DNA of 64,000 nucleotides from the NCBI GenBank assembly GCA_002840365.1, contig PHAO01000001.1:239242-303241 (forward strand). The letters are read 5' to 3'. Below the pieces are notes generated by a model, which was not told the DNA's origin, ran no database searches, and saw only the letters and a program-made list of their open reading frames with translations. Positions 29,451-39,347 of this stretch are shown piece after piece. Position 1 is the stretch's first letter; every line of letters begins with the position of its first letter. A program made the position numbers and the translations under genes. The DNA comes from Candidatus Dojkabacteria bacterium HGW-Dojkabacteria-1. Its GTDB lineage: Bacteria > Patescibacteriota > Dojkabacteria > SC72.

Positions 29451-30660
29451 GTGCGTAACCCTTTTTACCAGCTCTTCCTGTTCTACCAATACGATGTATG
29501 TAATCATCGTAATTTTCAGGAATGTCATAGTTTATTACATGACTAATGTTGTTTACGTCCAATCCTCTTGATGCTACATCTGTAGCGATTAATATATTAA
29601 GATTATCCCTTTTGAAAGCATCTATTATTCTAGTTCTTTGTGCTTGTCTTTTATCTCCATGTAATGCATTTACTTTAACTCCTTTATCAAAAAGTTTCTT
29701 TGAAAGATTTTCTGCTTCTCTTTTAGTTCTTGTAAAGACTAATATCTTTTTAAATTCATCTTTACTTAAGTAATCACAGAGTACATTAAACTTGTTTTCA
29801 CCTGGTTTTAGTCTAACTACATCCTGGTCTACATTTTTACCTGGTTCTTGTTTCTCAATTTCAATTCTTACAGGATTTTTAAGTAATGTATTTGCAATTT
29901 CTTCTGATTTTCTATTCATTGTTGCAGAAAAGAAAAGGGATTGTCTATTTTCGCTTAAGCGAGAAGTTATATACCTAATATCTTCAATGAATCCCATATC
30001 TAACATTCTATCTACTTCATCTAATATGACATTGTTTATTTCCTTTAGGTATATAGCGCCTCTCTCAGAAACGTCTTTTAATCTTCCTGGTGTTGCAATT
30101 ACAAATGCAGGGTCTCTTCTAAGAATCCCTATTTGTGCACCTATACTATTTCCACCAATTACTAATACTGACCTTAGTCCTGTATTTCTAGCTAATTGCA
30201 TAAATTCATCCTGTATTTGAATTGCTAATTCTCTTGTAGGTACTACGATAAGGAATCTCTGATTTCTATCGTGTACTCCCTTATTTATCATTGGGATTAA
30301 GAAAGCTGCCGTTTTACCAGACCCTGTACTTGCTAATCCCAATATATCTCTCCCTTGTAGTATCTTTGGTATAGCTTCGTATTGAATCTTTGTTGGACTA
30401 GTATATTTCTTGTATGTAATATTTCTTTTAAGTTCTTTAACTAAATCAAACTCTAAGAGATTATGATCTAATACATAAATACTTGGTAAATCTTCATATA
30501 CAGCTTTTGCTATTAATTGATTTACACTAATCTTTGATCCTCTCCTGTTATATCCTCCACCTCTCCTACTATTACTGTATGAGCTACTTCTGTAAGAAGA
30601 TCTTCTTCTATTGTTGTAACGGTTATTACGACCGTAATTCTTTCTGGAATAGTTTTCCAT
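29437..30660 (-). CDS. DEAD-box ATP-dependent RNA helicase with an N-terminal Arg/Ser/Gly-rich tail
   Basis: Q-motif (TSPTKIQ), Walker A ASTGSGKTAAF, DEVD box, SAT, ARGLD, HRIGRTGR motifs. Confidence 0.9.
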   Translation of the reverse strand: MENYSRKNYGRNNRYNNRRRSSYRSSSYSNSRRGGGYNRRGSKISVNQLIAKAVYEDLPSIYVLDHNLLEFDLVKELKRNITYKKYTSPTKIQYEAIPKILQGRDILGLASTGSGKTAAFLIPMINKGVHDRNQRFLIVVPTRELAIQIQDEFMQLARNTGLRSVLVIGGNSIGAQIGILRRDPAFVIATPGRLKDVSERGAIYLKEINNVILDEVDRMLDMGFIEDIRYITSRLSENRQSLFFSATMNRKSEEIANTLLKNPVRIEIEKQEPGKNVDQDVVRLKPGENKFNVLCDYLSKDEFKKILVFTRTKREAENLSKKLFDKGVKVNALHGDKRQAQRTRIIDAFKRDNLNILIATDVASRGLDVNNISHVINYDIPENYDDYIHRIGRTGRAGKKGYALTFV

Positions 30661-30812
30661 GTAAGTAAATATTTAATTTTATCTTCAGTTTATAGAGGTA
30701 ACCGAAAATAAAAATATTTAACCTTAATGGATTTGGGGCGATTATTTCGTTTAAATCTATCAAACAAGAAATGATTATATCACTAATATACAAAAATACC
30801 TAATATATATTC

Positions 30813-31106
30813 CTATTCTTTCTCTATACCGTTTGAGTTTGTCTCTTCTAGTTCTAAATATTGTAATGCTAATTCTCTTAAATCATCTGGTTCCATTTCT
30901 ACATTTTGTGCATTTCTTGCAATTACATCTTCTAATTCTTCTTCTGTCATTTCTAATCTCATTGCTCTTGCTGTACAGATAACGGTTCTTTCCCTCCTTA
31001 TATCTAATCTCTCTCTTTGACTCTTTGGATTTCCTACGTAAAGAGCTGGTTTTGATTCATCGCGTATCCAGACTGTGTCTCCGTTGTCATTTGTAAATGT
31101 TGGCAT
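30813..31106 (-). CDS. hypothetical acidic protein
   Basis: 97-aa ORF, no motifs. Confidence 0.3.
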   Translation of the reverse strand: MPTFTNDNGDTVWIRDESKPALYVGNPKSQRERLDIRRERTVICTARAMRLEMTEEELEDVIARNAQNVEMEPDDLRELALQYLELEETNSNGIEKE

Positions 31107-31244
31107 TTGTGTTAGTAAAAATATATTAAAGAAGCCAGATTATACCAAATCTTTAATGTTTGAACAGTATTTTGTCTGTCTAATTGTATGATTTTCAATC
31201 ATTGTGTAATATGGAAAGATATCTTACTTGTTACATACTGTCCC

Positions 31245-32228
31245 ATGAAATTAATAACTGGAGCGACTGGTAGAGTAGGTATTGCATTGGTCAGAGAGCT
31301 TAATACAAGGGGAGAGAAGGTTAAGGTATTGGTTAGAGAGGGTTCTAATACAAAAGAATTAGAACAATTTAATTGTGAGTTTGTACATGGAGATATATTA
31401 GAGGTAGATAAATGGGAAAGTAGTTTGGAAGATATAGATTCTATTTTTCATTTAGCAGCACATATTAATATTTCTTCAAAGAAGAAAGATTTTACATTTG
31501 ATACTAATATCCAAGGTACAAAAAATATTGCAGATTTGTGTTTGAGAAAGGAAATAGTAATGGTATATGCATCTTCAATACATGCTCTTTCTGCTCCTAG
31601 TGATGGTTCTACTATTACAGAGCAAACTACTTTTGTCACAGATTCGAAAGAAAGAAGAGGTATATATGATTACTCCAAATCATATGCTACGAAGTATGTA
31701 TTAGAAAAAGCAAATGAAGGTTTGAAAGCTATAATTGTTCATCCTACAGGCATTATTGGTCCATATGATTTCAGACCATCTCTCTTTGGTCAAGGTATGA
31801 TTGATAGTGTAAAGAGTGGTTTGAAATTAACTACTGGTGGTAAGTTTGACTATGTTGATGTACGAGATGTAGTTTGGGGTATGCTAAAGGCTTTAGAATT
31901 AGAAAAATATGGAGAGAGATACATTCTTTCTGGGGAGCAGCTTAGTATGGAGGAATATGTTAATTACTTAAAAGAATTTACTGGGATACAATCTAATACA
32001 AAAATATTGGGATATACCAGTAGTTTACTTCTTGCTTACATCTCCTCTATACTCAACAAGGATTCACAGATTACACCATATGGTGTAAAAACTCTCTACA
32101 GTAACAGTAATATTTCTCATGAGAAATCTACTAAAGAGTTGGGCTACAATCCTAGAAGCGTAAAAGAGTCACTTTTTGATCAGTATACTTGGTTTAAATT
32201 AAATGGATATCTAGATGAAAAAAAGTAG
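31245..32228 (+). CDS. NAD-dependent epimerase/dehydratase (extended SDR family); start refined to MKLITGATG
   Basis: ITGATGRVG Rossmann motif and a YxxxK-containing central region. Confidence 0.75.
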   Translation: MKLITGATGRVGIALVRELNTRGEKVKVLVREGSNTKELEQFNCEFVHGDILEVDKWESSLEDIDSIFHLAAHINISSKKKDFTFDTNIQGTKNIADLCLRKEIVMVYASSIHALSAPSDGSTITEQTTFVTDSKERRGIYDYSKSYATKYVLEKANEGLKAIIVHPTGIIGPYDFRPSLFGQGMIDSVKSGLKLTTGGKFDYVDVRDVVWGMLKALELEKYGERYILSGEQLSMEEYVNYLKEFTGIQSNTKILGYTSSLLLAYISSILNKDSQITPYGVKTLYSNSNISHEKSTKELGYNPRSVKESLFDQYTWFKLNGYLDEKK

Positions 32229-32913
32229 AGTAGAACTAGAGCAAGCAAAAGAGAGAGTACTTAACTCTAAAGTATTTCTTTTTGATTTTGATGGTACTTT
32301 AGTAAATCTTGATAAGTTAAATGTTGATGCTTTTGCATTAGTATTTAAAGATATGTTCAATTTAGAATTTACTAGAGAGGACTTTATGAAATATATCTCA
32401 GGTAGAGGTTCTGAGAATGGTTTAAGGGAATATTTAGGTGTACATGGTGTAGAAGAGTTCTCATCCAAAGAGTTAAATGACCAATTCTATGTACACAAGA
32501 ACAGGTTGATAGAGGAGAAATTGGAAGAGGAGGTATATCTTTTGCCAGGTATTAAGGAGTTTTTAGAGCATTTCAAAGAGAGTGGAAAGAGAAATATTGT
32601 AGTTACCTCTTCAAGAAGGGAGCATGTAGAGAGGATGCTTACTCATTTTGGTGTTTATCATCATTTTGAAATTGTTTTTGATAGGTACAATGTTGTTAAG
32701 GGTAAGCCTGATCCTGAACCTTTTGAGAAGGCAATGGAGTATGCAAAGGTAAATAGTAATGAGTGTATTGCATTTGAAGATTCCTTCTATGGTCTTCAGT
32801 CTTCTAAAGGTGCTAACCTTTTTACAATAGGGGTATTAAATGATGGTTGGAATGAAGATTTTGTATATGATTTAGCGGATTTTGTAATCGAAAGCTATAC
32901 GGATATTCTTTAA
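32215..32913 (+). CDS. HAD-superfamily hydrolase (beta-phosphoglucomutase-like)
   Basis: VFLFDFDGTLVN (HAD motif I DxDGT), VVTSS motif II, C-terminal EDS motif. Confidence 0.75.
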   Translation: MKKSRVELEQAKERVLNSKVFLFDFDGTLVNLDKLNVDAFALVFKDMFNLEFTREDFMKYISGRGSENGLREYLGVHGVEEFSSKELNDQFYVHKNRLIEEKLEEEVYLLPGIKEFLEHFKESGKRNIVVTSSRREHVERMLTHFGVYHHFEIVFDRYNVVKGKPDPEPFEKAMEYAKVNSNECIAFEDSFYGLQSSKGANLFTIGVLNDGWNEDFVYDLADFVIESYTDIL

Positions 32914-32966
32914 TACTTGAAGTTCATTTTTAATGTTGATATCTTTATATATACTAATTTGTAATA

Positions 32967-33761
32967 TTGTATTTAATGGATAGATTTGAAGAATTAAGAA
33001 AGGCTCAAGAAGGGACATTAGAGCAACCTAATACCACACCTGAGCAAGAGGCAGTTGTTTCTCCACAACCTTCTGTAAGTATGGAAGAGAGTGTTATTTC
33101 AACTATGTCTAATGAAGAGAAAAGAGCAAAGACTTTGAATATGATTCTTTTGGTTATGGTTTTTGCAATGATTGGTTTGTTTGCATATCTTTTCTTTACT
33201 GATAGGTTACTACTTGGAGTAGAGAATCCTTTCTCAAAGCAGGTTGTAGAAGAGGAGGAAGATATAGAAGAAGAGAAAGATGAAGAAGAAGGGTCTGCTG
33301 TACAAATGAAAGAGTATGTAAATACAGAGTTTGGAGTTAAATTTGAATATCCTGAGTCATGGGTTGTACAGGAGGATGTTGTAGAAGGTTCCTTAGGTTT
33401 GGAAATAAAGGAGAGGTCAGCTAATCCTGATTTTGTATTTGTATATAGTTTACCTACTGCTTCTGGACCAGAAATTTGCTATTTCTCTGATACTGAAAAT
33501 CCAGAAGAGATAGTGATTGGTACTTTGTATGACAATTTCTTTTCAATCAATACAGATTCTTCTCTTAGAAGAACTCTTTGGGTAAGTCAGGGAGTTTCAG
33601 AATACAAGGTATGTAAGAAGGATACAAATGGTAATTATACAGATTGGATACAAGCAGGGTATGTATCATACAAAGTTAATATGAACAGACCTGATGCACA
33701 GAGTATGTTAAAGATTATGGATGATATCTTACTATCATTCGAATATACAGGGAATATTTAG
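32967..33761 (+). CDS. hypothetical membrane-anchored protein with an acidic linker
   Basis: Single TM helix (LNMILLVMVFAMIGLFAYLFF) then an E-rich segment and a globular domain. Confidence 0.45.
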   Translation: MYLMDRFEELRKAQEGTLEQPNTTPEQEAVVSPQPSVSMEESVISTMSNEEKRAKTLNMILLVMVFAMIGLFAYLFFTDRLLLGVENPFSKQVVEEEEDIEEEKDEEEGSAVQMKEYVNTEFGVKFEYPESWVVQEDVVEGSLGLEIKERSANPDFVFVYSLPTASGPEICYFSDTENPEEIVIGTLYDNFFSINTDSSLRRTLWVSQGVSEYKVCKKDTNGNYTDWIQAGYVSYKVNMNRPDAQSMLKIMDDILLSFEYTGNI

Positions 33762-33782
33762 ATAATTGTTATATATGACTTG

Positions 33783-33823
33783 GCTAAGGAGACACGGTGA
33801 TGACACATGTGTGCCTCCTTAGC
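33783..33823. terminator. hairpin (GCTAAGGAG ... CTCCTTAGC, 9-bp stem, 23-nt loop) between convergent genes; candidate bidirectional terminator and boundary of the GC-rich gene
   Basis: Inverted repeat read directly from the sequence. Confidence 0.45.
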
Positions 33824-33835
33824 TAGTCAGTGAAT

Positions 33836-34618
33836 TTAGTCCTCCCAGGAATCTATATGAGTCCATTTTGGTCTTGCATGAATTGCTATATCCTTCCCGG
33901 TGTACTGGTCATGGATAGAAATCATGCAACAAGGAGCATCTTTTACTCTTCGCCAATACTCGCCCTGTATTCCAGTAATCTCGCTTATGAAGCGAATCAT
34001 ATCCTCAGGATCGCTTGTAGCGAAATCCCAATGAATACCTGGTACCCAGTCGTTTGGCCAGAGCTGATGCTCAACCCAGAAGATTCCGTTTGGTGATTGC
34101 CGCGTTTGAACGGGTATGTACCATCGTTGATGGTCTGGTGCAGACTTTGAAATCGCAACAGAATCATACCTGTCCAAAGTCTTCCCTATCTCTTCTTGGC
34201 AATCTTGCTCTGACTGGTGCTTGAACCCTACGTGGTGGAAGCGTACTTCATAGGATATGGACCACATCAGTAGAGCAGCCAGCATTAGGTCAACGTTATC
34301 GTTTTCCCACGCTGAGGCAGCCACAATGTAGTGATCCTCGCGGAGCCCACCTTTCCATTCGCAGCCATCGTCAAAATTCGGAATCGGAGTTCTTGAGATT
34401 CCTTGACGAGAGCCCTTGGCAAGAAGGGTGTATGCTTTCCATGCTGCGTACATGGCAGGGGAGTTATCATCTCCAATGCCACCAGCCCATTTGGAAAGTT
34501 GTGACTCTACACCATACCCAGTATGATCAGCTTCAATCATATGGATATAGGTGGGAGTCTGTGATGCGCCGAGTAGTAAATCGGCAAGGTAGAAGGATCT
34601 TTCAAAAAGCGTTTGCAT
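33836..34618 (-). CDS. GC-rich (foreign-looking) gene; possible amidase_2 / PGRP-like N-acetylmuramoyl-L-alanine amidase, start refined to MQTLFERS
   Basis: GC content by eye well above neighbours (roughly mid-40s % versus about 33%); RBS AAGGAG 7 nt upstream of the chosen ATG; weak resemblance to amidase_2 motifs (HYIVA ... FHHVGFKHQSEQDC). Confidence 0.4.
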   Translation of the reverse strand: MQTLFERSFYLADLLLGASQTPTYIHMIEADHTGYGVESQLSKWAGGIGDDNSPAMYAAWKAYTLLAKGSRQGISRTPIPNFDDGCEWKGGLREDHYIVAASAWENDNVDLMLAALLMWSISYEVRFHHVGFKHQSEQDCQEEIGKTLDRYDSVAISKSAPDHQRWYIPVQTRQSPNGIFWVEHQLWPNDWVPGIHWDFATSDPEDMIRFISEITGIQGEYWRRVKDAPCCMISIHDQYTGKDIAIHARPKWTHIDSWED

Positions 34619-34711
34619 TGCATATCTCCTTTTTGGAATGTTTTTCACTGACTTTTAAAGAACCCCTTATTATACTATGGGCTCTATATAAATTCTAGTT
34701 AGGAGAGGAGT

Positions 34712-35113
34712 TTAAAGATTTATTAATTTGAGTAGGTACGGCATAAAGATTATCAATCCTAGGATTACAGAAAGTATCGCACTAACTAATACTGCACCTG
34801 CACTAACATCTTTTGCATATTTAATATTTACTCTGTACTCTTCAGAAACAGTGTCACATACTGCCTCTATTACACTGTTAAAAGCTTCTGATATAAGGAC
34901 TAATGCTATTAAAAATCCTACAGCTATCCAATCACTATGTGAGATTTTAAGTAGATATGCAAAGACTATTACTAATACAGCAACTACTAATTGAATTCTG
35001 AAATTTCTTTCATTCTTTACTATCGATATTACACCTTCAATAGCGTGTTTTTGGCTTTTTAATATACTTTGTGGTGTTCTAAATGTACTACCCATATAGC
35101 TCCCATTATACAT
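34712..35113 (-). CDS. dgkA: diacylglycerol kinase / undecaprenol kinase (DgkA family)
   Basis: Three TM helices and the SEAFNSVIEAVCD motif characteristic of DgkA. Confidence 0.8.
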   Translation of the reverse strand: MYNGSYMGSTFRTPQSILKSQKHAIEGVISIVKNERNFRIQLVVAVLVIVFAYLLKISHSDWIAVGFLIALVLISEAFNSVIEAVCDTVSEEYRVNIKYAKDVSAGAVLVSAILSVILGLIIFMPYLLKLINL

Positions 35114-35139
35114 AAAAGTCTGAAAAAGTAACTAGTATT

Positions 35140-35571
35140 TTACTCCTCAACAACAACAGTTCCAGTCATATATGGATGTGGTGTACAAATATAGTCATAT
35201 GTTCCTACCTCTGTAAATGTATAGCTAAAGGTTTGTCCCCTTCTAAGTAGTGGTCCTTTGAAATCTCCGTCTCCTGCAATATCATGTTGTACACTGTCTT
35301 GGTTAGTCCAAGTTACTGTATCTCCAGGTTTAATTACTACTGTTGATGGAGAGTATACATAGTTTCGTATTGTTACATTTATAGTGTTACTTGTTCCTTC
35401 TACTTGTTCTTGTTCATCATTGTTTTCTTGTATATCTTCATCTTGTACTTGTTGGTTGGGGCTATCATTTGTTCTGGTATCTCTTTGTGGTACAAAGAAA
35501 AGTAAGACAAGTACTATACCTATAGCTACAACAAAGATTACTGAGAGTACAATTACTAAAATTTCTTTCAT
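35140..35571 (-). CDS. membrane-anchored cupredoxin (plastocyanin/azurin-like blue copper protein)
   Basis: N-terminal TM; type-1 copper ligand pattern H (SVQHD) ... C-x2-H-x2-M (YICTPHPYM). Confidence 0.7.
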   Translation of the reverse strand: MKEILVIVLSVIFVVAIGIVLVLLFFVPQRDTRTNDSPNQQVQDEDIQENNDEQEQVEGTSNTINVTIRNYVYSPSTVVIKPGDTVTWTNQDSVQHDIAGDGDFKGPLLRRGQTFSYTFTEVGTYDYICTPHPYMTGTVVVEE

Positions 35572-35593
35572 ATTAATATGGTTATTAATTTAA

Positions 35594-36016
35594 TTAGGAG
35601 ATTTTCATATCCTCGCTATCCATAGGATAGTATCCCTGTAGAGAAGGTGGTAGATATTCCATATTATATCCCTCTATTTTATGCAATTTTCTTGCAAAGA
35701 ATTCTGTCTCTACCTCACCAAGCCCTATTCCCCAAAGATATTTAAAACATTCACTGTTATCTTCTCTTGTAAATATTTCTACTAATCCTTCAGCAATATC
35801 TTCGTTTAGTAAGCCTTTAGACCAATCATTTAATATTAGATACAGTTGTCTTTGATTTTCTGTAACATATTCTATTACTGGTATATGGTACTTTACTAAG
35901 AGATTTGTTAATTCATTCGCATCTGGATCTGCTCCTTCTGTTTTTTCATACAAATCATCTAATTCATTAGCAAATTGAAAAAGTAGATGATTTAACTCAT
36001 CAATATTGTTTATCAT
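35594..36016 (-). CDS. hypothetical protein
   Basis: 140-aa ORF, no motifs. Confidence 0.35.
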   Translation of the reverse strand: MINNIDELNHLLFQFANELDDLYEKTEGADPDANELTNLLVKYHIPVIEYVTENQRQLYLILNDWSKGLLNEDIAEGLVEIFTREDNSECFKYLWGIGLGEVETEFFARKLHKIEGYNMEYLPPSLQGYYPMDSEDMKIS

Positions 36017-36035
36017 TGAAGGGTATATATTAAAA

Positions 36036-36236
36036 TTATATATACAGACTTAATGCAAAGAGTACGTGTAGAAGTACTATTATTGAGAATATGATTGCAC
36101 TTATTTTGTGATATTTAAACATTTTTGGATATCCTTTGGTCATTAATATTCCCGTCGTTATCTGTATTATGAAAAAGATTAATGCTAAGAGTCCTAGCCA
36201 AAATACAATTGGTTTACCAAGTATTATAAATATCAT
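36036..36236 (-). CDS. small two-TM membrane protein
   Basis: 66 aa, two hydrophobic helices. Confidence 0.3.
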   Translation of the reverse strand: MIFIILGKPIVFWLGLLALIFFIIQITTGILMTKGYPKMFKYHKISAIIFSIIVLLHVLFALSLYI

Positions 36237-36281
36237 GTATATATTTGATTAGCTTAATATTAATACAGTATACAATGTAGG

Positions 36282-36878
36282 TTGGGAATATACAAAATTT
36301 TAAATTTAAGTGATATATTAATTAATAACTTTAGTTCTTTCTTTATGAATACATCCTTCTGGAAAATCTTATCCATTATATTCATTGTGTTTTTTGTTGT
36401 AACTGGCGGTTATATTTTCTATCTGTTTAATCAAGGTTTTTTTGAAAGATGCGAGAAATCAGTAAATGAAGAGCAAGTGATTCAACAGAGTTGTAAATAC
36501 TCTGTAAGTAGTGAAAATATGAATCTCCCAGTAAAGGTTTACAGAAGTTTTACTCAAATGGAAGATTCTGAGGGCAATTTTGTTGGTTACTTGGAGAATA
36601 TTTTGAAACTAGATTCTGAAAGGAAGACTTTTGAAATAAGTATTCAATTTGAACAGTATGGATATATTTTAAAGGGTACTTATGAAGAGAAAGAAGATGA
36701 GATTAAATTGGTATATGATCCTGCAGCATTTGATGATTTAGATTCTTCTGTTAATACTTTGGTTCTAAATGTATACAATGGTGATATTTCAATCTTAGAA
36801 TTTGTTAGTGAGCCAATATCAACACTGTCCCCAAAGAAAGGGGATATGTTTGTGTATTTTTTGAGTGAAGATAGATAA
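36282..36878 (+). CDS. hypothetical membrane-anchored protein
   Basis: N-terminal TM helix then a soluble domain; 198 aa. Confidence 0.4.
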   Translation: MGIYKILNLSDILINNFSSFFMNTSFWKILSIIFIVFFVVTGGYIFYLFNQGFFERCEKSVNEEQVIQQSCKYSVSSENMNLPVKVYRSFTQMEDSEGNFVGYLENILKLDSERKTFEISIQFEQYGYILKGTYEEKEDEIKLVYDPAAFDDLDSSVNTLVLNVYNGDISILEFVSEPISTLSPKKGDMFVYFLSEDR

Positions 36879-37282
36879 ATCTATCCTAACAAGAATTTTA
36901 ATATCTCATATACCAAGAATGCAGGCCATACTATTGCCTTAAGGATTCCTAATGCTCCCATCCAAAAGGTAGTTGCAGTAGAGATGTAATATATAGCTGC
37001 TCCAATTAGACCGAAACCATATACTGCATTTCCTGATTGATTGCTGTAATTATGTTTTGACATATTAAAAAACACTTATATTATTTAAATGATACATACA
37101 GTGTGTATACAGTACATACTACTGCTATTACAGCAAAGATTACAAGATTGTCTTGTATAAATTGTGGGAAGTAAGAACCAATTATTGTACCTATGGAAAG
37201 TAGTGCAAATTTAAATATTGCTATCTGCTTCCATGTGTATGTGTATGATTTAAGAAATTTCATACAAAAAGAAAAAAATAAT

Positions 37283-37882
37283 TTAAATCTCTTTAATTAA
37301 CTCTACAATATCTTTTTCTATTTCACTAGGTTCTACATTGGGAGCATATCTTTTGTATGGTTTTCCATCTTTATCTATTAAGAATTTTGTAAAATTCCAT
37401 TTGATAGAGTTACCCATTAAACCATCAGGTAGTTCTCCTTTGAGATATGTAAATACAGGGTGTTCATTCTTTCCATTAACATCTATTTTTTCTGAGAGAA
37501 GGAATGTTACCCCAAAGTTTAATTTACATACCTCTACCATATCTTCATTTGATTCTGGTTCTTGATTAAGAAATTGATTAGAAGGAAATCCAATTACTTC
37601 TAATCCTTTTCCTGCATATTCTTTATTTAGTCTCTCTAAATCTTTAAACTGATATGAGAAACCACACTGTGTAGCAGTGTTTACAATTAATACAACTTTT
37701 CCTTTGTAATCACTCATCTTTATCTCATCACCCATTGTGTTCTTAAATGTTAAGTCGTAAAAATTCATATCTGTTTTTTTACTTAAGTTATTTGAATATG
37801 CCCTTACTCCTCCTATTAGTAAAATGCTAAGTAAGAGGAAGAGAGAAATTATTAATATTGTTTTTTTCTTTTTTGATTCCAT
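37283..37882 (-). CDS. glutathione peroxidase-family thiol peroxidase with N-terminal signal/TM anchor
   Basis: VNTATQCGFS and FPSNQFLNQEP match the GPx signatures (VNVASxCG, FPCNQFxxQEP) with Cys/Ser variation. Confidence 0.8.
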   Translation of the reverse strand: MESKKKKTILIISLFLLLSILLIGGVRAYSNNLSKKTDMNFYDLTFKNTMGDEIKMSDYKGKVVLIVNTATQCGFSYQFKDLERLNKEYAGKGLEVIGFPSNQFLNQEPESNEDMVEVCKLNFGVTFLLSEKIDVNGKNEHPVFTYLKGELPDGLMGNSIKWNFTKFLIDKDGKPYKRYAPNVEPSEIEKDIVELIKEI

Positions 37883-37944
37883 GTATTAGGGGTAAAATTT
37901 AAAGAAGGGTATTCTTCTTTTGTATGAAGGGAGGTAATATTTTT

Positions 37945-38658
37945 TTATTTTATATCTACACTTGCAGGAACTGTTCCTACAAATTTAACACCTTCTGAGG
38001 TAACTATTGCTTCTTTTACATTGGTGTAACTAGAGAGCTCTCTTGTTTTAGCCGTTATATTCTCTAGTAAATCAGCCAATGAATTATTCAGGGAGTTCGG
38101 TACTGTATATCCCCCTATCTTTAAACTCTCAATATCATATATTGCATTGTTCTCAGTTATTGAAGCTCTGCCTTTTGCATACAAGGGAAGTGGGTCTGGT
38201 ATGTATTTAAGATATGTTTTTGCTTTGTTAATATCTTCTTGTGTATACCCAAGCATCTTTGCAAATGATTCTGCTACAGGTATAGATATTGATGAAGATG
38301 CTTCTACTGTACCATCACCATTTATCCTTATCTGTGAATTCTTAAAGGGTAAATCACTCCAATCCTTTTCCCATCCTGCTATCCATGAGTTAATTTCACT
38401 TTGTGTAAAGGTATGATCTAATTCTATACCTCCCTCAAATACTAATTCTCCACTTTTAGGTGTTTCTCCTTTTAGATTGTTTACATACCCTATGTCATCA
38501 TAGAAAGAGTATATTTCATCTGGTGTTTCTCTTACTCCTAGTTCTACCTGTTTAAGTGCTGCATTTGTTAGAGATGGTACTTTACCACTTAAAGCAAGAT
38601 ATCCGAGTCCTACAACAATCAATATTATTATTAATACAAAGAGGAGGATTTTTTTCAT
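37945..38658 (-). CDS. hypothetical secreted / membrane-anchored protein
   Basis: N-terminal TM or signal helix; 237 aa. Confidence 0.4.
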   Translation of the reverse strand: MKKILLFVLIIILIVVGLGYLALSGKVPSLTNAALKQVELGVRETPDEIYSFYDDIGYVNNLKGETPKSGELVFEGGIELDHTFTQSEINSWIAGWEKDWSDLPFKNSQIRINGDGTVEASSSISIPVAESFAKMLGYTQEDINKAKTYLKYIPDPLPLYAKGRASITENNAIYDIESLKIGGYTVPNSLNNSLADLLENITAKTRELSSYTNVKEAIVTSEGVKFVGTVPASVDIK

Positions 38659-38688
38659 TGATTAATTGGGATAGAAAATATTTTATTA

Positions 38689-39270
38689 TTAAAATATATC
38701 TTTTTTCTCTTTCTCTGTAAATCTTCTTATAGTTGGAATTACAAAATAGTTAAACACAGATATTAGTAATCCCAATACAATTGCCCCTATACTCCATTCT
38801 ATTACTCCTGGTAAGAATAGTTGAATAAATGCATATCGTATATTCTGTATTGAGAAGTTAAGTACCATATTTTCAAAATTAGGTAGTCCTACAAAGAATA
38901 GTAGGAATACATAGTGCAGGTAGTAAGAGATTACAGAGATTAGGTATGCCAATATTGTTCTAAGGGTAAGAATTTTAAGAGATATTAGTTTCTCTTTTTT
39001 ACTTTTAATGTATACATACAGACTTAGTAAGTACCATGGTAGTAACATATATATGAACAGAGGGATGAGTTGTAATGGATTGTTGCTGTTTCCAAATATT
39101 TTAGAAAAGATGGGGCTAATGGTATTTTGATAATGGAAATCAAAGATACCGAAGAGAAAAGATATTGTTATAAGGGTGAAAATACTTCTTTTCATTTTAG
39201 ATACTATAACACAAAGAGATATGAGTAAAAAATATTTACAAAGTAGTACTGTTTTGATAAATTGAATCAA
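38689..39270 (-). CDS. polytopic membrane protein, unknown function
   Basis: 193 aa, about 5 hydrophobic helices. Confidence 0.4.
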   Translation of the reverse strand: MIQFIKTVLLCKYFLLISLCVIVSKMKRSIFTLITISFLFGIFDFHYQNTISPIFSKIFGNSNNPLQLIPLFIYMLLPWYLLSLYVYIKSKKEKLISLKILTLRTILAYLISVISYYLHYVFLLFFVGLPNFENMVLNFSIQNIRYAFIQLFLPGVIEWSIGAIVLGLLISVFNYFVIPTIRRFTEKEKKDIF

Positions 39271-39347
39271 TATATGAGAAAACTTGCCTACCCTTCATTC
39301 ATGTTTTTGTTTACAGCATTAATACTTTTTCTTTTTTACCATCAAAG

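Noticed and set aside
33836-34648. Longer version of the GC-rich gene starting MKNIPKRRYA
   Set aside because: That extension would translate through the gene's own AAGGAG ribosome-binding site. The start was moved to MQTLFERS at 34618.
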